A stretch of 64,000 nucleotides of DNA from assembly GCA_944376795.1 (NCBI GenBank), contig CALWDW010000039.1:71917-135916 (forward strand), read 5' to 3'. The notes beneath the pieces were generated by a model. The model had not been told where the DNA came from, searched no databases, and saw only the letters and a program-made list of their open reading frames with translations. The translations under genes and the position numbers were made by a program. Position 1 is the first letter of the stretch. Every line of letters starts with the position of its first letter. This stretch comes from an uncultured Christensenellaceae bacterium. Lineage in GTDB: Bacteria > Bacillota > Clostridia > Christensenellales > UMGS416. Below, in pieces: positions 18,957 through 27,295 of this stretch.

Positions 18957-18990
18957 ATTATACCATAAGATTGTTCGTTGAGAACTCTTT
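18957..18990 (-). promoter_or_regulatory. Candidate extended -10 promoter for the DUF975 gene
   Basis: The minus strand reads 'TGGTATAAT' (TGn + TATAAT) about 30 nt upstream of ATG 18922. The -35 (GTTCTC) is weak. Confidence 0.4.
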
Positions 18991-19073
18991 TTTTGCGGGG
19001 AATGCGAAAAATGGCAAACTGCGGCGGATCTGCGGACGCCGGTGGAAATTGCGGCGGATTCACTGCCGGGCGG

Positions 19074-19102
19074 TTGTATTCGCTTCCCGTATCCTCTATA
19101 AT
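19074..19102 (+). promoter_or_regulatory. Sigma-70-type promoter for uppP
   Basis: TTGTAT, 17 nt, TATAAT. Located about 36 nt upstream of ATG 19139. Confidence 0.65.
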
Positions 19103-19138
19103 AGGCATACTGGATTTTGCTTATGGGAGGATGATTGT

Positions 19139-19975
19139 ATGCTTTGGTGGCAGGCCGTTTTGCTGGGGATTGTGCAGGGGCTGGGGGAGTTTTTGCCCAT
19201 ATCCAGTTCAGGACACCTGGTGCTCTTCCAGAATATCCTGGGCATAACCGAGGAACCTATGCTCTTTGCTACGCTGCTGCACGTGGGAACCCTGGCGGCG
19301 GTCTTTATCGTCCTATGGCAGGATATCCTGCCGCTGTTGAAGCACCCGTTTTCCCGGGTGGTGCTGCTGGTAATCGGAGCGACGGTGCCGGCGGTCATCG
19401 CCCAGCTGCTTTTCGGCGACTTTTTTGAGTCCACCTTCAGTGGTGGGTTCCTGGGCTGGGCTTTCCTCATTACGGCCTTCTTTCTGCTGGCCACCACGTA
19501 CCTGGACCGCCGGCGGCGGAACCGCGGTACGGGACGGCATGCGTTGGCCGAGGAGGGCGGCTATCGGCTGGAGGAACTGACCTGGGTGCAGGCGCTGACC
19601 ATGGGCGTGGTCCAGGCGGTTGCCATCCTGCCCGGTGTTTCCCGTTCGGGTAGCACCCTGTGCGGCGGCCTGGTGACTGGGGCACGGCGGGAATCGGCGG
19701 CGCGGTTCTCTTTCTTGATGAGTATCCCAGTGATTCTGGGGTCGGTGGTGCTGCAGGCCAAGGATATTGTGGAGCTGGGAAGCGGCGCCATGACGGAGCT
19801 TCCGCTGCCTGTGGTGCTGCTGGGCATGGCAGCCTCCCTGGTTTCCGGCCTTCTGGCCCTGAAGTGGATGATCTGGATTGTAAAAAAGGGAAAGCTATGG
19901 GCCTTTGGCGTCTATACTTTAGCGCTGGGCGTCTTGATTTTGGTAGATCAGTACTTGCTGCACTGGGTGTTTTAG
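19139..19975 (+). CDS. uppP: Undecaprenyl-diphosphate phosphatase (BacA/UppP)
   Basis: 'GIVQGLGEFLPISSSGHL' and 'PGVSRSGSTL' motifs. ATG 19139 follows GGGAGG. The track ORF from 18875 is over-extended across a promoter. Confidence 0.92.
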   Translation: MLWWQAVLLGIVQGLGEFLPISSSGHLVLFQNILGITEEPMLFATLLHVGTLAAVFIVLWQDILPLLKHPFSRVVLLVIGATVPAVIAQLLFGDFFESTFSGGFLGWAFLITAFFLLATTYLDRRRRNRGTGRHALAEEGGYRLEELTWVQALTMGVVQAVAILPGVSRSGSTLCGGLVTGARRESAARFSFLMSIPVILGSVVLQAKDIVELGSGAMTELPLPVVLLGMAASLVSGLLALKWMIWIVKKGKLWAFGVYTLALGVLILVDQYLLHWVF

Positions 19976-19984
19976 GAGGTAGCT

Positions 19985-20665
19985 ATGGCAATCAAAGCGA
20001 TCATTGTCGATCTTTTCGGGACATTAATCAAGGAGGACGACGCGGTTATCAAGGATATCTGCCGGACGGTTTGCGAGAGTTCTCCCCAAAACATCCAGCA
20101 GGTGGACGTGGTGCGCTACTGGTGGGAGCGCTCCCAGCATGCCTATCAGACATGCGTCGGTGACTCCTTTATAGGGATGCGGGAATTGGAGTACGGCTGC
20201 CTGAAGGATACGGTGGCCCACTTTGAGGCTCGATGCGATGTGGACGAGCTTTTCCTGGCCGATATGCGCGCTTGGCAGAATCCGGAGGTTTATCCTGACG
20301 CCCGCTTTTTCCTTTCCCGGCTGCCGTTGAAGGTCTGCTGCATTGCCAACGCCGACCGGGCGGATATGGAGGCGGTGATCCGGCTGGCCCAGCTGCCTTT
20401 GGAGCACCTGATCTGTTCGGAGGATGTGAAGGCGTATAAGCCCCGGACCGAGATCTTTGCCCGGGCCATAGAGGAGCTGGGGGTCAAGCCCCATGAGATC
20501 CTCCATGTGGGGGACAGCAACCTTTTCGACGTGGAACCCGCCAACAAACTGGGCATTTTGACGGCCTGGATCAATCGGGGAAACCGGCCGGTGCCGGAGA
20601 ACTGCCTGGCCGACGCGATCTTTGATTCCCTGCAGAAGTTGCGGGTGATGATGCAGCAGGCATAA
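19985..20665 (+). CDS. HAD-superfamily hydrolase (haloacid-dehalogenase type II-like)
   Basis: Motif I 'IIVDLFGTL' (D-x-aromatic-G-T-L variant), 'KAYKP', and motif IV 'HVGDSNLFDV'. Confidence 0.8.
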   Translation: MAIKAIIVDLFGTLIKEDDAVIKDICRTVCESSPQNIQQVDVVRYWWERSQHAYQTCVGDSFIGMRELEYGCLKDTVAHFEARCDVDELFLADMRAWQNPEVYPDARFFLSRLPLKVCCIANADRADMEAVIRLAQLPLEHLICSEDVKAYKPRTEIFARAIEELGVKPHEILHVGDSNLFDVEPANKLGILTAWINRGNRPVPENCLADAIFDSLQKLRVMMQQA

Positions 20666-20716
20666 ACGCGGCCCGCGTCCTACGGCCGAGAAAATAAGAA
20701 GGATGAGGTGAGAGAA

Positions 20717-22558
20717 ATGGATGCCATGACATGCAGCTGTGCCGGGATTATCATGCACACCGATGCCCAGGGTCGGATTGCCTTGGAAACAGAGTGCGGA
20801 ACCTGGCGCTGGAGAGAGGACTATGCGCCCCGTTTTTGGATGGGGGAGGATGCGGAGATTCCCTTCTCTGCTGCCCAGGAGAAGGAGGTTTTCCCGTGGA
20901 AGACCGGTGTAGGTGAAGGCTTCCGCTGGGTGTGGCGGGGCTTTGCCGCGGCGCCGGGCCTGGAACTGCAGGCTATCGCCTGGATTGAAGGAACCAATGG
21001 AAACGTCCACCTGGAGCTGATTCCTATCGTCGAGGCGGAGGGCAGGGTGACCCGGGTGGAATGGCCAGGTCCCTTTTCCTTTGACGGGGTGGGAGATACT
21101 GCGCTGGCGGCCATGCAGGGCATGCTGATCCCCAACGGGTGGGAGCAGGAGATTACCCACGAGGGATGGTACTATTCCCGCGCGGCCTATATGCCGGTCT
21201 GGGGCCAGTTCCGGCCGGAGGGCGGGTACGTGGCCATTGTGGAGACGCCTTGGGACGGCGGCTACGGCATTGAGCATCCCAAGGGAGGGTGCACTACCGT
21301 GCGTCCGTATTGGATGCCCAGCTTAGGCCGTCTAGCTTATACCCGGTCTATCCGCCTGACATTTCTGCCTGCTGGCAGCGACTACAATGACATGGCTGCG
21401 GTTTACCGCCGCTATGTGGAGGACCATGGGCGGCTGGTAACCCTGCGGCAGAAGGCCGTGACCCACCCTCGTATTCATGACCTGATCGGGTCGGCCATTC
21501 TGCATGAAGGAATTTATACCCATATCGAGCCATGCTCCGCCTACTACAATAAGGACAATCCCGAGGCCAATGATCACTATGTGACCTTTGGTACCCGCGC
21601 CAGCCAGCTCCGTGAGCTTAAGGCCAAGGGCGTGGATGCAGCCTACCTGCATCTGGACGGATGGGGCCATGGCGGTTATGATAACCTGCATCCCGACGCC
21701 CTGCCCCCCCATGAGCCGTCTGGGGGATGGGAAGGACTGGCGGAGCTCTCCCGCACCTGCAAGGAGCTGGGATACCTATTCGGCGTGCATGATCAGTATC
21801 GGGATTACTATCTCAATGCGAAGACCTACGATCCCAACATGGCCGTGGTGGACATGGATGGGCACCGTCCGCTGGAAACCATCTGGGCAGGCGGCGCCCA
21901 GGAGCTGCTGTGCGCGACCCAGGCGCCGCTGTATGTAACCCGGAACTTTGACGCGTTCCAGCGCCACGGCGTGGAGCTGACCGGCACCTATCTGGATGTT
22001 TTTTCGGTGGTGGAGCTGGACGAGTGCAATCATCCCTGGCACAGGATGACCCGCCGGGAGTGTGCGGAGATGCGCAGGCAGTGCTTTTCCCAGCTGCTGG
22101 CCCGGGGGATCCTGATCTCCTCGGAGGAGGTGGTGGATTGGTCGATGCCCGAGCTGATCTACTGTCACCATGCGCCTTATTGGCTGGAGGGCTTCCATTT
22201 GGATGGGAAGCGCCCTGCCATGGGGATCCCTATTCCCTTGTTCAACCTGGTGTACCATGACTGCGTTATCATTCCGTGGAGCCAGACGGTGGGCGGCTGG
22301 GGCCTGCCGGCGGAGGACGACGGCTTCCTCCACTGCCTGCTCAACGGCGGTGCGGCCTATCTGTCCATTACCGCCGGAGAAAAGGAGATTGCCCGGAACC
22401 GGATTGCTCGGGAATTCCAGCGCAAGGTAGGCTTGTCGCGGATGCTGCGCCACAGCTTTGTGGGCGAAGGGTACCGCAGGCAGCGCGTGGAGTTTGAGGG
22501 CGGCATTGCGGTGGAAGTGGACTTCGAGCAGGGAACCTACGCCTTCCTAGGGTGCTAA
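20717..22558 (+). CDS. Uncharacterised glycoside-hydrolase-like TIM-barrel protein (possibly a DUF5696-like family; unverified)
   Basis: ~613 aa. 'AAYLHLDGWGHGGYDNLHPDALPPHEPSGGWEGLAELSRTCKELGYLFGVHDQYRDYY' resembles the (beta/alpha)8 core of retaining GHs. Paralog of the gene at 1..611. AAGGATGAGG precedes ATG 20717. Confidence 0.8.
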   Translation: MDAMTCSCAGIIMHTDAQGRIALETECGTWRWREDYAPRFWMGEDAEIPFSAAQEKEVFPWKTGVGEGFRWVWRGFAAAPGLELQAIAWIEGTNGNVHLELIPIVEAEGRVTRVEWPGPFSFDGVGDTALAAMQGMLIPNGWEQEITHEGWYYSRAAYMPVWGQFRPEGGYVAIVETPWDGGYGIEHPKGGCTTVRPYWMPSLGRLAYTRSIRLTFLPAGSDYNDMAAVYRRYVEDHGRLVTLRQKAVTHPRIHDLIGSAILHEGIYTHIEPCSAYYNKDNPEANDHYVTFGTRASQLRELKAKGVDAAYLHLDGWGHGGYDNLHPDALPPHEPSGGWEGLAELSRTCKELGYLFGVHDQYRDYYLNAKTYDPNMAVVDMDGHRPLETIWAGGAQELLCATQAPLYVTRNFDAFQRHGVELTGTYLDVFSVVELDECNHPWHRMTRRECAEMRRQCFSQLLARGILISSEEVVDWSMPELIYCHHAPYWLEGFHLDGKRPAMGIPIPLFNLVYHDCVIIPWSQTVGGWGLPAEDDGFLHCLLNGGAAYLSITAGEKEIARNRIAREFQRKVGLSRMLRHSFVGEGYRRQRVEFEGGIAVEVDFEQGTYAFLGC

Positions 22559-22621
22559 ATCCCTTGAAATTGCGTCCCGTGGAGGATCTGTCCGCCACGG
22601 GGTGGGGGAGGTGCCGGTATA

Positions 22622-22957
22622 ATGAACGCGGAAAGCGCATTTACGGGGCCAAATCTGCTTGTGATGGCCGTTTTCGCACTGCTTGCGGTGATGTCGGGTG
22701 TGCTGATTTCCGGACGGGGAAGCTGGATGATCTCCGGGTACAATCTGGCATCTCCTGCGGAAAGGTCCAAGTACAATGAGAAAAGGCTGTGCCGGACCAC
22801 AGGGGTGGGGCTGGCAGTGATTGCAGTGGCCGTTTTGGCCCTGGGCCTGCTGGGAGAGCAATTGACCGACGTCGGCTTCGGCGTGGTGGCCGGGGTGATT
22901 TTGGTGGATACGGCTGTGATGTTGATTCTGTGCAATACCTGGTGCAAAAAGCGATGA
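22622..22957 (+). CDS. DUF3784-family small membrane protein
   Basis: 111 aa. 'ISGYNLASPAERSKYNEKRL' between TM helices is the family hallmark (from memory). Confidence 0.75.
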   Translation: MNAESAFTGPNLLVMAVFALLAVMSGVLISGRGSWMISGYNLASPAERSKYNEKRLCRTTGVGLAVIAVAVLALGLLGEQLTDVGFGVVAGVILVDTAVMLILCNTWCKKR

Positions 22958-22971
22958 AAGCCTAAGCGGCC

Positions 22972-23021
22972 GAAAAAACGAGACGATGAGAATTCGTATT
23001 TCTCATCGTCTCACTATTTTT
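22972..23021. terminator. Bidirectional rho-independent terminator between the DUF3784 gene (+) and the Rrf2 gene (-)
   Basis: 13-bp perfect stem 'gagacgatgagaa ... ttctcatcgtctc', flanked by 'aaaaaac' on the left and 'actattttt' on the right. Confidence 0.85.
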
Positions 23022-23050
23022 GGTTGGCGGGCAATAGCGCCTGTTTTGCT

Positions 23051-23494
23051 TTATGAATTTGACTCTTCGGGAGACTGTGCGCACGTTTTGGGCGAGTTTC
23101 CCCAAAGGGAGGCTATGCTATTGCGCCGGAGCTCGGATTCCAGGACGGCCTGCACCCGGCACAGTTCGGTATGAATTTGGCACGGGCTTTGGCGGGGATT
23201 GTTGGGGCAGTGGTATTCGCGGCGCAGGCATTCGTTGAGGAAAAAGGCGGGATCAATGGCCAGAACGATATCCATCAGCGTCAGCTTCTCTGGATCGGCG
23301 GTCAAACGGTAGCCGCCGTTGCTCCCGCGTAAGATGGTCAGAATACCGCCCTGCTCCAGCTTCTTTAGGATACGGTAACCGAAGGCTGGAGGAATATGCT
23401 CCGCTTGGCAGATTTGATGCACATTGAGCTTATCCGCCTGGGACAGGGCCCGCACGGTACGAACCGCGTAGTCGATTTCACGGGTAAAGAGCAT
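23051..23494 (-). CDS. Rrf2-family transcriptional regulator
   Basis: 'MLFTREIDYAVRTVRALS...ICQAEHIPPAFGYRILKKLEQGGILTILRGSNGGYRL' is the wHTH of Rrf2. GGGAGG lies 9 nt before ATG 23494. Confidence 0.88.
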   Translation of the reverse strand: MLFTREIDYAVRTVRALSQADKLNVHQICQAEHIPPAFGYRILKKLEQGGILTILRGSNGGYRLTADPEKLTLMDIVLAIDPAFFLNECLRREYHCPNNPRQSPCQIHTELCRVQAVLESELRRNSIASLWGNSPKTCAQSPEESNS

Positions 23495-23684
23495 ATACAA
23501 TTCCTCCCACCAAACATCCTCTCTTAGAATAGGGAAAAATGAGGATTATGTCAAGGGGGACTTCCGTGGGTCTAGGGATGCATGGAGTCAGGAACCCATG
23601 AACATGTCCCGGCATAGGGTAATCGTAAGAACACTCCGCCAGTGGCGGGAAAAGATTGATGTGGAGAAAAGGACGGAGAGAACA

Positions 23685-24497
23685 ATGGATTGGTTGATAC
23701 AGCAAAGCCCAGTGACCTTAGCCCTTTTGGCTACCCTGTTTACTTGGCTGATGACGGCCTTGGGGGCAACGGTGGTCTTTTTTTTCCGCGGCGTGAGCCG
23801 CCGTGTGCTGAATATGATGCTGGGGTTTGCTTCGGGAATTATGATCGCGGCCAGCTTTTGGTCACTGCTGGCTCCGGCCATTGAGAGAGCCCAGGCCGCC
23901 CATCTCCCGGCATATGCGGTGGTGGCCGTAGGTTTCGTGGCAGGGGCGCTCTTTCTGGTGGGCAGTGATCGGGTGATTTCTTGGATGCAGCGGCAGCGTA
24001 CCATGCAGGCTGAAGGCGCGGGAAATTGTCGGCGGGCTATTTTGCTGGTCAGCTCCATCACGCTTCACAATATTCCCGAAGGCCTGGCGGTGGGCGTGGC
24101 CTTTGGGGCGCTGGCTGGGCATAGCGCCGCTCCCGCTGCGCTGCTGGCCGCCATTTCGGTGGCTGTCGGTATTGGACTGCAGAATTTTCCCGAGGGAGCG
24201 GCGGTATCCCTTCCTCTTCTCCGGGAGGGAATGGGGCGATTCAAGAGCTTTACCCTGGGGCAGCTTTCCGGGATTGTGGAGCCCATTGCCGGCGTGCTTG
24301 GCGCGGCGCTCGTGGTGTTGGTGGAGCCCATTCTACCCTACGCTTTGGCCTTTGCCGCCGGTGCGATGATTTATGTAGTGGCCGAAGAACTTCTCCCCGA
24401 GGCCCAGTCCGAGCGACACGCCCTGGATCACATTGCGTCCATAGGATGTGTGATTGGCTTTGCGGTGATGATGGTGATGGACGTAGCGCTGGGATGA
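23685..24497 (+). CDS. ZIP-family divalent metal (Zn2+) transporter
   Basis: 'ITLHNIPEGLAVGVAFG' and 'GLQNFPEGAAVS' motifs with about 8 TM segments. Divergent from the Rrf2 gene. ATG 23685 follows GGAGAG. Confidence 0.88.
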   Translation: MDWLIQQSPVTLALLATLFTWLMTALGATVVFFFRGVSRRVLNMMLGFASGIMIAASFWSLLAPAIERAQAAHLPAYAVVAVGFVAGALFLVGSDRVISWMQRQRTMQAEGAGNCRRAILLVSSITLHNIPEGLAVGVAFGALAGHSAAPAALLAAISVAVGIGLQNFPEGAAVSLPLLREGMGRFKSFTLGQLSGIVEPIAGVLGAALVVLVEPILPYALAFAAGAMIYVVAEELLPEAQSERHALDHIASIGCVIGFAVMMVMDVALG

Positions 24498-24534
24498 CCG
24501 TACACTGCCCAGTTGACCGTATTGTGCTTAGGGA

Positions 24535-24573
24535 GCCGGCAGCCCGCGCGACCTCGCGTGCGAGGCTGCCGGC
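24535..24573 (+). terminator. GC-rich hairpin after the ZIP transporter gene
   Basis: 10-bp stem 'gccggcagcc ... ggctgccggc' with a weak T-rich tail ('aggaattta'). Confidence 0.5.
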
Positions 24574-24827
24574 AGGAATTTATGTCAAAATCATGTCAGA
24601 AAATTAATAATTCTCGAAGTGAGAAGAGATGAATAAAAATTACGCAAAATTGAATACAATGTGAACCGTTTGCAGGAATGAAAACGACTTGATGCAAAAA
24701 GCGAAAAAAGATTGTTGGAGAGAAGACGCGGGCTTGATACACCCGACAAAGGAGAAATAGTTAGGTTTTTCGGAGAAAAAAGCATTTTGACATAAGATGT
24801 ATGGCAGGTTTCGGCCGGGTGATAAAT

Positions 24828-24847
24828 CGCATACATAATTGTATGCG
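24828..24847. repeat. Inverted repeat in the AT-rich leader of the ABC operon (candidate operator)
   Basis: 'cgcataca taat tgtatgcg': perfect 8-bp arms with a 4-nt spacer. Confidence 0.4.
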
Positions 24848-24929
24848 CAGAAAATAAGAATTTTCAGGAGGATTTATACAATACTGGCCGCATGCGAATA
24901 ATATTCTGTGCACGATGCAATTTTCCATC

Positions 24930-24958
24930 TTGCAAAATGCGAAGATTCATATTAAACT
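24930..24958 (+). promoter_or_regulatory. Candidate promoter for the Opp/Dpp-type ABC operon
   Basis: TTGCAA, 17 nt, TAAACT. Located about 100 nt upstream of ATG 25062. Other AT-rich candidates exist in this region. Confidence 0.35.
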
Positions 24959-25061
24959 AGATAAGTGCAAATTAGCGGGGAACCGCCGGTTTGTCGGACA
25001 GGCCGAGCATAACCTTTTTAGGTTCTGCGATACTAACTTTTCATGCAAAGGAGGAAACAGT

Positions 25062-27146
25062 ATGAACAAGATGACCAAGCTGCTGGCTCTGGTTATGGTG
25101 CTGTGCATGGCGACGGTAGCCATGCTGGCTGGATGTTCTTCGCCAGCTCCTGAGGCCACGACGGCCCCGGAGGATGCCGCTACGGCCGCACCGGAGGATG
25201 CCGCTACGGCCGCACCGGAAGATACTTCGGCTCCTGTCGAGCAGCCCGATGACAAGACGCTGGTAATCGGCGTGGAGGCCAACTTCGAGGAGAAGTGGAA
25301 CCCCTTCTACGCGGAGAGCGCTTATGATCAGCAGGTGATCGAGCAGATCTTTGTGGCGCCCCAGCGCGTCAATGCCGACAACGTCCTGGTGGACTGGGCC
25401 GGTAATATCTCCTACGTGGAGAACGAGGACGGCACCGTGCTCTACACCGTCAAGATCAATGAGGGCATGACTTTCTCCGACGGTGAGCCCATCACCATTG
25501 ACGACCTGCTCTTCTACTATAAGGTTGTCTCCGATCCTTCCTACACCGGCCCCATTACCTTTATCGCGAACGATATTGCCGGCTTGAAGGAGTACTACTA
25601 CGACGATCCCAACTACAGCACCAAGGTTGCAGAGATCGATGCCGAGGTGGCCGAGAAGTACAGCCCCGACACCATCTCCAAGGAGGACTTCATTGCCTAC
25701 CTGATCGACACCAACCTGGCAGGGTGGTGGGATGGTAACCCGGCCGGTGAGGTGGATGAAGACTACACCTGGAGCGACTACATCACCGACGAAGGCTTTG
25801 GTGATCAGTTGGCTGCTATCGATGCCACCGATCCCGCCGCCATGCTGGCCCTGTTGGCTGAGGTGGAGTACACCAACTATGCTGATAGCTATGATCCCGC
25901 TACCTACTACAAGTCGCAGCTGGAGCAGGCGTACATCCAGGAGAACCTGGAGGGTACCGAGCACGTGGAGGAGATCTCCGGCATCCAGCGGGTGGACGAT
26001 TACACCTGCACCATCCTCTTCAACAGCATCAATATCTATGGCGATCGTGAAGTGAACGGTTATCTGGTGCCCGAGCACTACTACGGCAAGGACTTCACCA
26101 AGGGTGATGTGTCTTCCATTGCGGCCAATATGGAGCCCATGGGCTCTGGCCCCTATATGTGGGGTGGCTATGCTGACAACATCGCTACCTGCACCGCCAA
26201 CGTGAACTACTTTGAGGGAGTGCCTAAGATTGGCACCGTTAAGTGGCAGTATATCCCCACTTCGGATACTATCGCGGCCTTGGCCTCTGGCGAGGTGGAT
26301 ATCGCTGTGCCTAACGGAACCAAGGATAATGTCCAAGCCTTGGAGGACAATGGCCTGATCTACCATCTTACCGATAACGCCGGTTATGGTTACATGGGCC
26401 TGCAGGCCAACAACCTGGAACTGTCCGTCCGTAAGGGGCTGCTCTCCTTGATGAACCGTGAGTCCTCTGTCCGCGGCTACTACGGCGATCTGGCGCAGGT
26501 TATCGAGCGCCCCATGACTACCGTGCTCAGTGAGTATCCTGATGATGCCGCTGTTTACTACGAGTACGATCCGGAGAAGGCACTGGAGTACTTCCAGGCG
26601 GCTGGCTATGAGCAGAACGCTGAGGGCAAGCTGGTGAATGCTGACGGCGAGCAGTTGGTTGTCAACGTGTACATCGGTGGTGAAGGTTCCGGTAATCACC
26701 CCGCCTACGCCATGCTGACCCAGGCGGCCAACGATATGGCGACCCTTGGCGGTGAGCTCCAGATCCAGGACGTGGCCTTCAACGTGCTGCAGAGTGCTAT
26801 GAACGACGGCACCGCCGATATGTTCATCCTGGCCTGGGGCAATACCACCACCTGTGATAAGTCCAGCATCTACATGACCGGCGGCGGACAGAACCGCACC
26901 AACGTCAGCGATGCCGCGCTGGACGAACTCCTGGCCAAGATTCCTGTTACCATTGACTTTGACGAGCGCTGCGAGCTGGTCTCCCAGATGCTGGACAAGG
27001 TGATGGATCTGGCTGTTGAGCTGCCCCTGTATCAGCGCAAGAACATCATTGCTTACAATGAAACCAACCTGGTGATGGACACCATCCCCGAGGCTTCGAC
27101 CTTCTGGGATTACACCGACGTTCTCTGGCAGGTCGAGATGAAGTAA
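25062..27146 (+). CDS. ABC transporter substrate-binding lipoprotein, family 5 (Opp/Dpp/Nik-type), unusually long (~694 aa)
   Basis: AAAGGAGGA RBS. Lipobox 'AMLAGCSS'. Linker repeats 'TTAPEDAATAAPEDAATAAPEDTSAP'. SBP_bac_5-like core ('KTLVIGVEANFEEKWNPF...MTFSDGEPITIDDLLFYYK'). Confidence 0.9.
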   Translation: MNKMTKLLALVMVLCMATVAMLAGCSSPAPEATTAPEDAATAAPEDAATAAPEDTSAPVEQPDDKTLVIGVEANFEEKWNPFYAESAYDQQVIEQIFVAPQRVNADNVLVDWAGNISYVENEDGTVLYTVKINEGMTFSDGEPITIDDLLFYYKVVSDPSYTGPITFIANDIAGLKEYYYDDPNYSTKVAEIDAEVAEKYSPDTISKEDFIAYLIDTNLAGWWDGNPAGEVDEDYTWSDYITDEGFGDQLAAIDATDPAAMLALLAEVEYTNYADSYDPATYYKSQLEQAYIQENLEGTEHVEEISGIQRVDDYTCTILFNSINIYGDREVNGYLVPEHYYGKDFTKGDVSSIAANMEPMGSGPYMWGGYADNIATCTANVNYFEGVPKIGTVKWQYIPTSDTIAALASGEVDIAVPNGTKDNVQALEDNGLIYHLTDNAGYGYMGLQANNLELSVRKGLLSLMNRESSVRGYYGDLAQVIERPMTTVLSEYPDDAAVYYEYDPEKALEYFQAAGYEQNAEGKLVNADGEQLVVNVYIGGEGSGNHPAYAMLTQAANDMATLGGELQIQDVAFNVLQSAMNDGTADMFILAWGNTTTCDKSSIYMTGGGQNRTNVSDAALDELLAKIPVTIDFDERCELVSQMLDKVMDLAVELPLYQRKNIIAYNETNLVMDTIPEASTFWDYTDVLWQVEMK
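25161..25229 (+). repeat. Tandem 24-bp coding repeat (~2.8 copies) in the SBP lipoprotein linker
   Basis: 'acggccgcaccggaggatgccgct' is reiterated and encodes 'TAPEDAA TAAPEDAA TAAPEDTS'. Confidence 0.85.
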
Positions 27147-27159
27147 CGACCGAACCCGT

Positions 27160-27240
27160 GTCGGCAGCGGCCGCCGCCGACAGTTCAGGGGGCTGGATCG
27201 ATTTCGCGGGGTATCCCGCCTGGAATGACAGGCGGGATAC
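27160..27240 (+). promoter_or_regulatory. Two intercistronic stem-loops between the SBP and first permease genes (probable partial terminator / mRNA-stabilising element)
   Basis: 'gtcggc agcggccgcc gccgac' (27160..27181) and the perfect 10-bp stem 'gtatcccgcc tggaatgaca ggcgggatac' (27211..27240). This arrangement is common after SBP genes, where it raises SBP:permease stoichiometry. Confidence 0.6.
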
Positions 27241-27295
27241 TTCGTGCTACATGTGCAGCCGTCCCTACGAGAAAGCTCTGGAAAGAAGGTGCTCT

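Noticed and set aside
24591-24836. An 81-aa minus-strand ORF inside the AT-rich island.
   Set aside because: The translation is low-complexity Ser/Leu/Phe-rich, as expected by chance in AT-rich DNA. It has no RBS and sits in a probable regulatory leader.
24892-24960. A 22-codon Cys-containing mini-ORF ('MRIIFCARCNFPSCKMRRFILN') upstream of the SBP gene, considered as a possible leader peptide.
   Set aside because: The nearest Shine-Dalgarno-like sequence (CAGGAGGA) is ~20 nt upstream, which is too far. There is no attenuator structure linked to it, so the idea is pure speculation.
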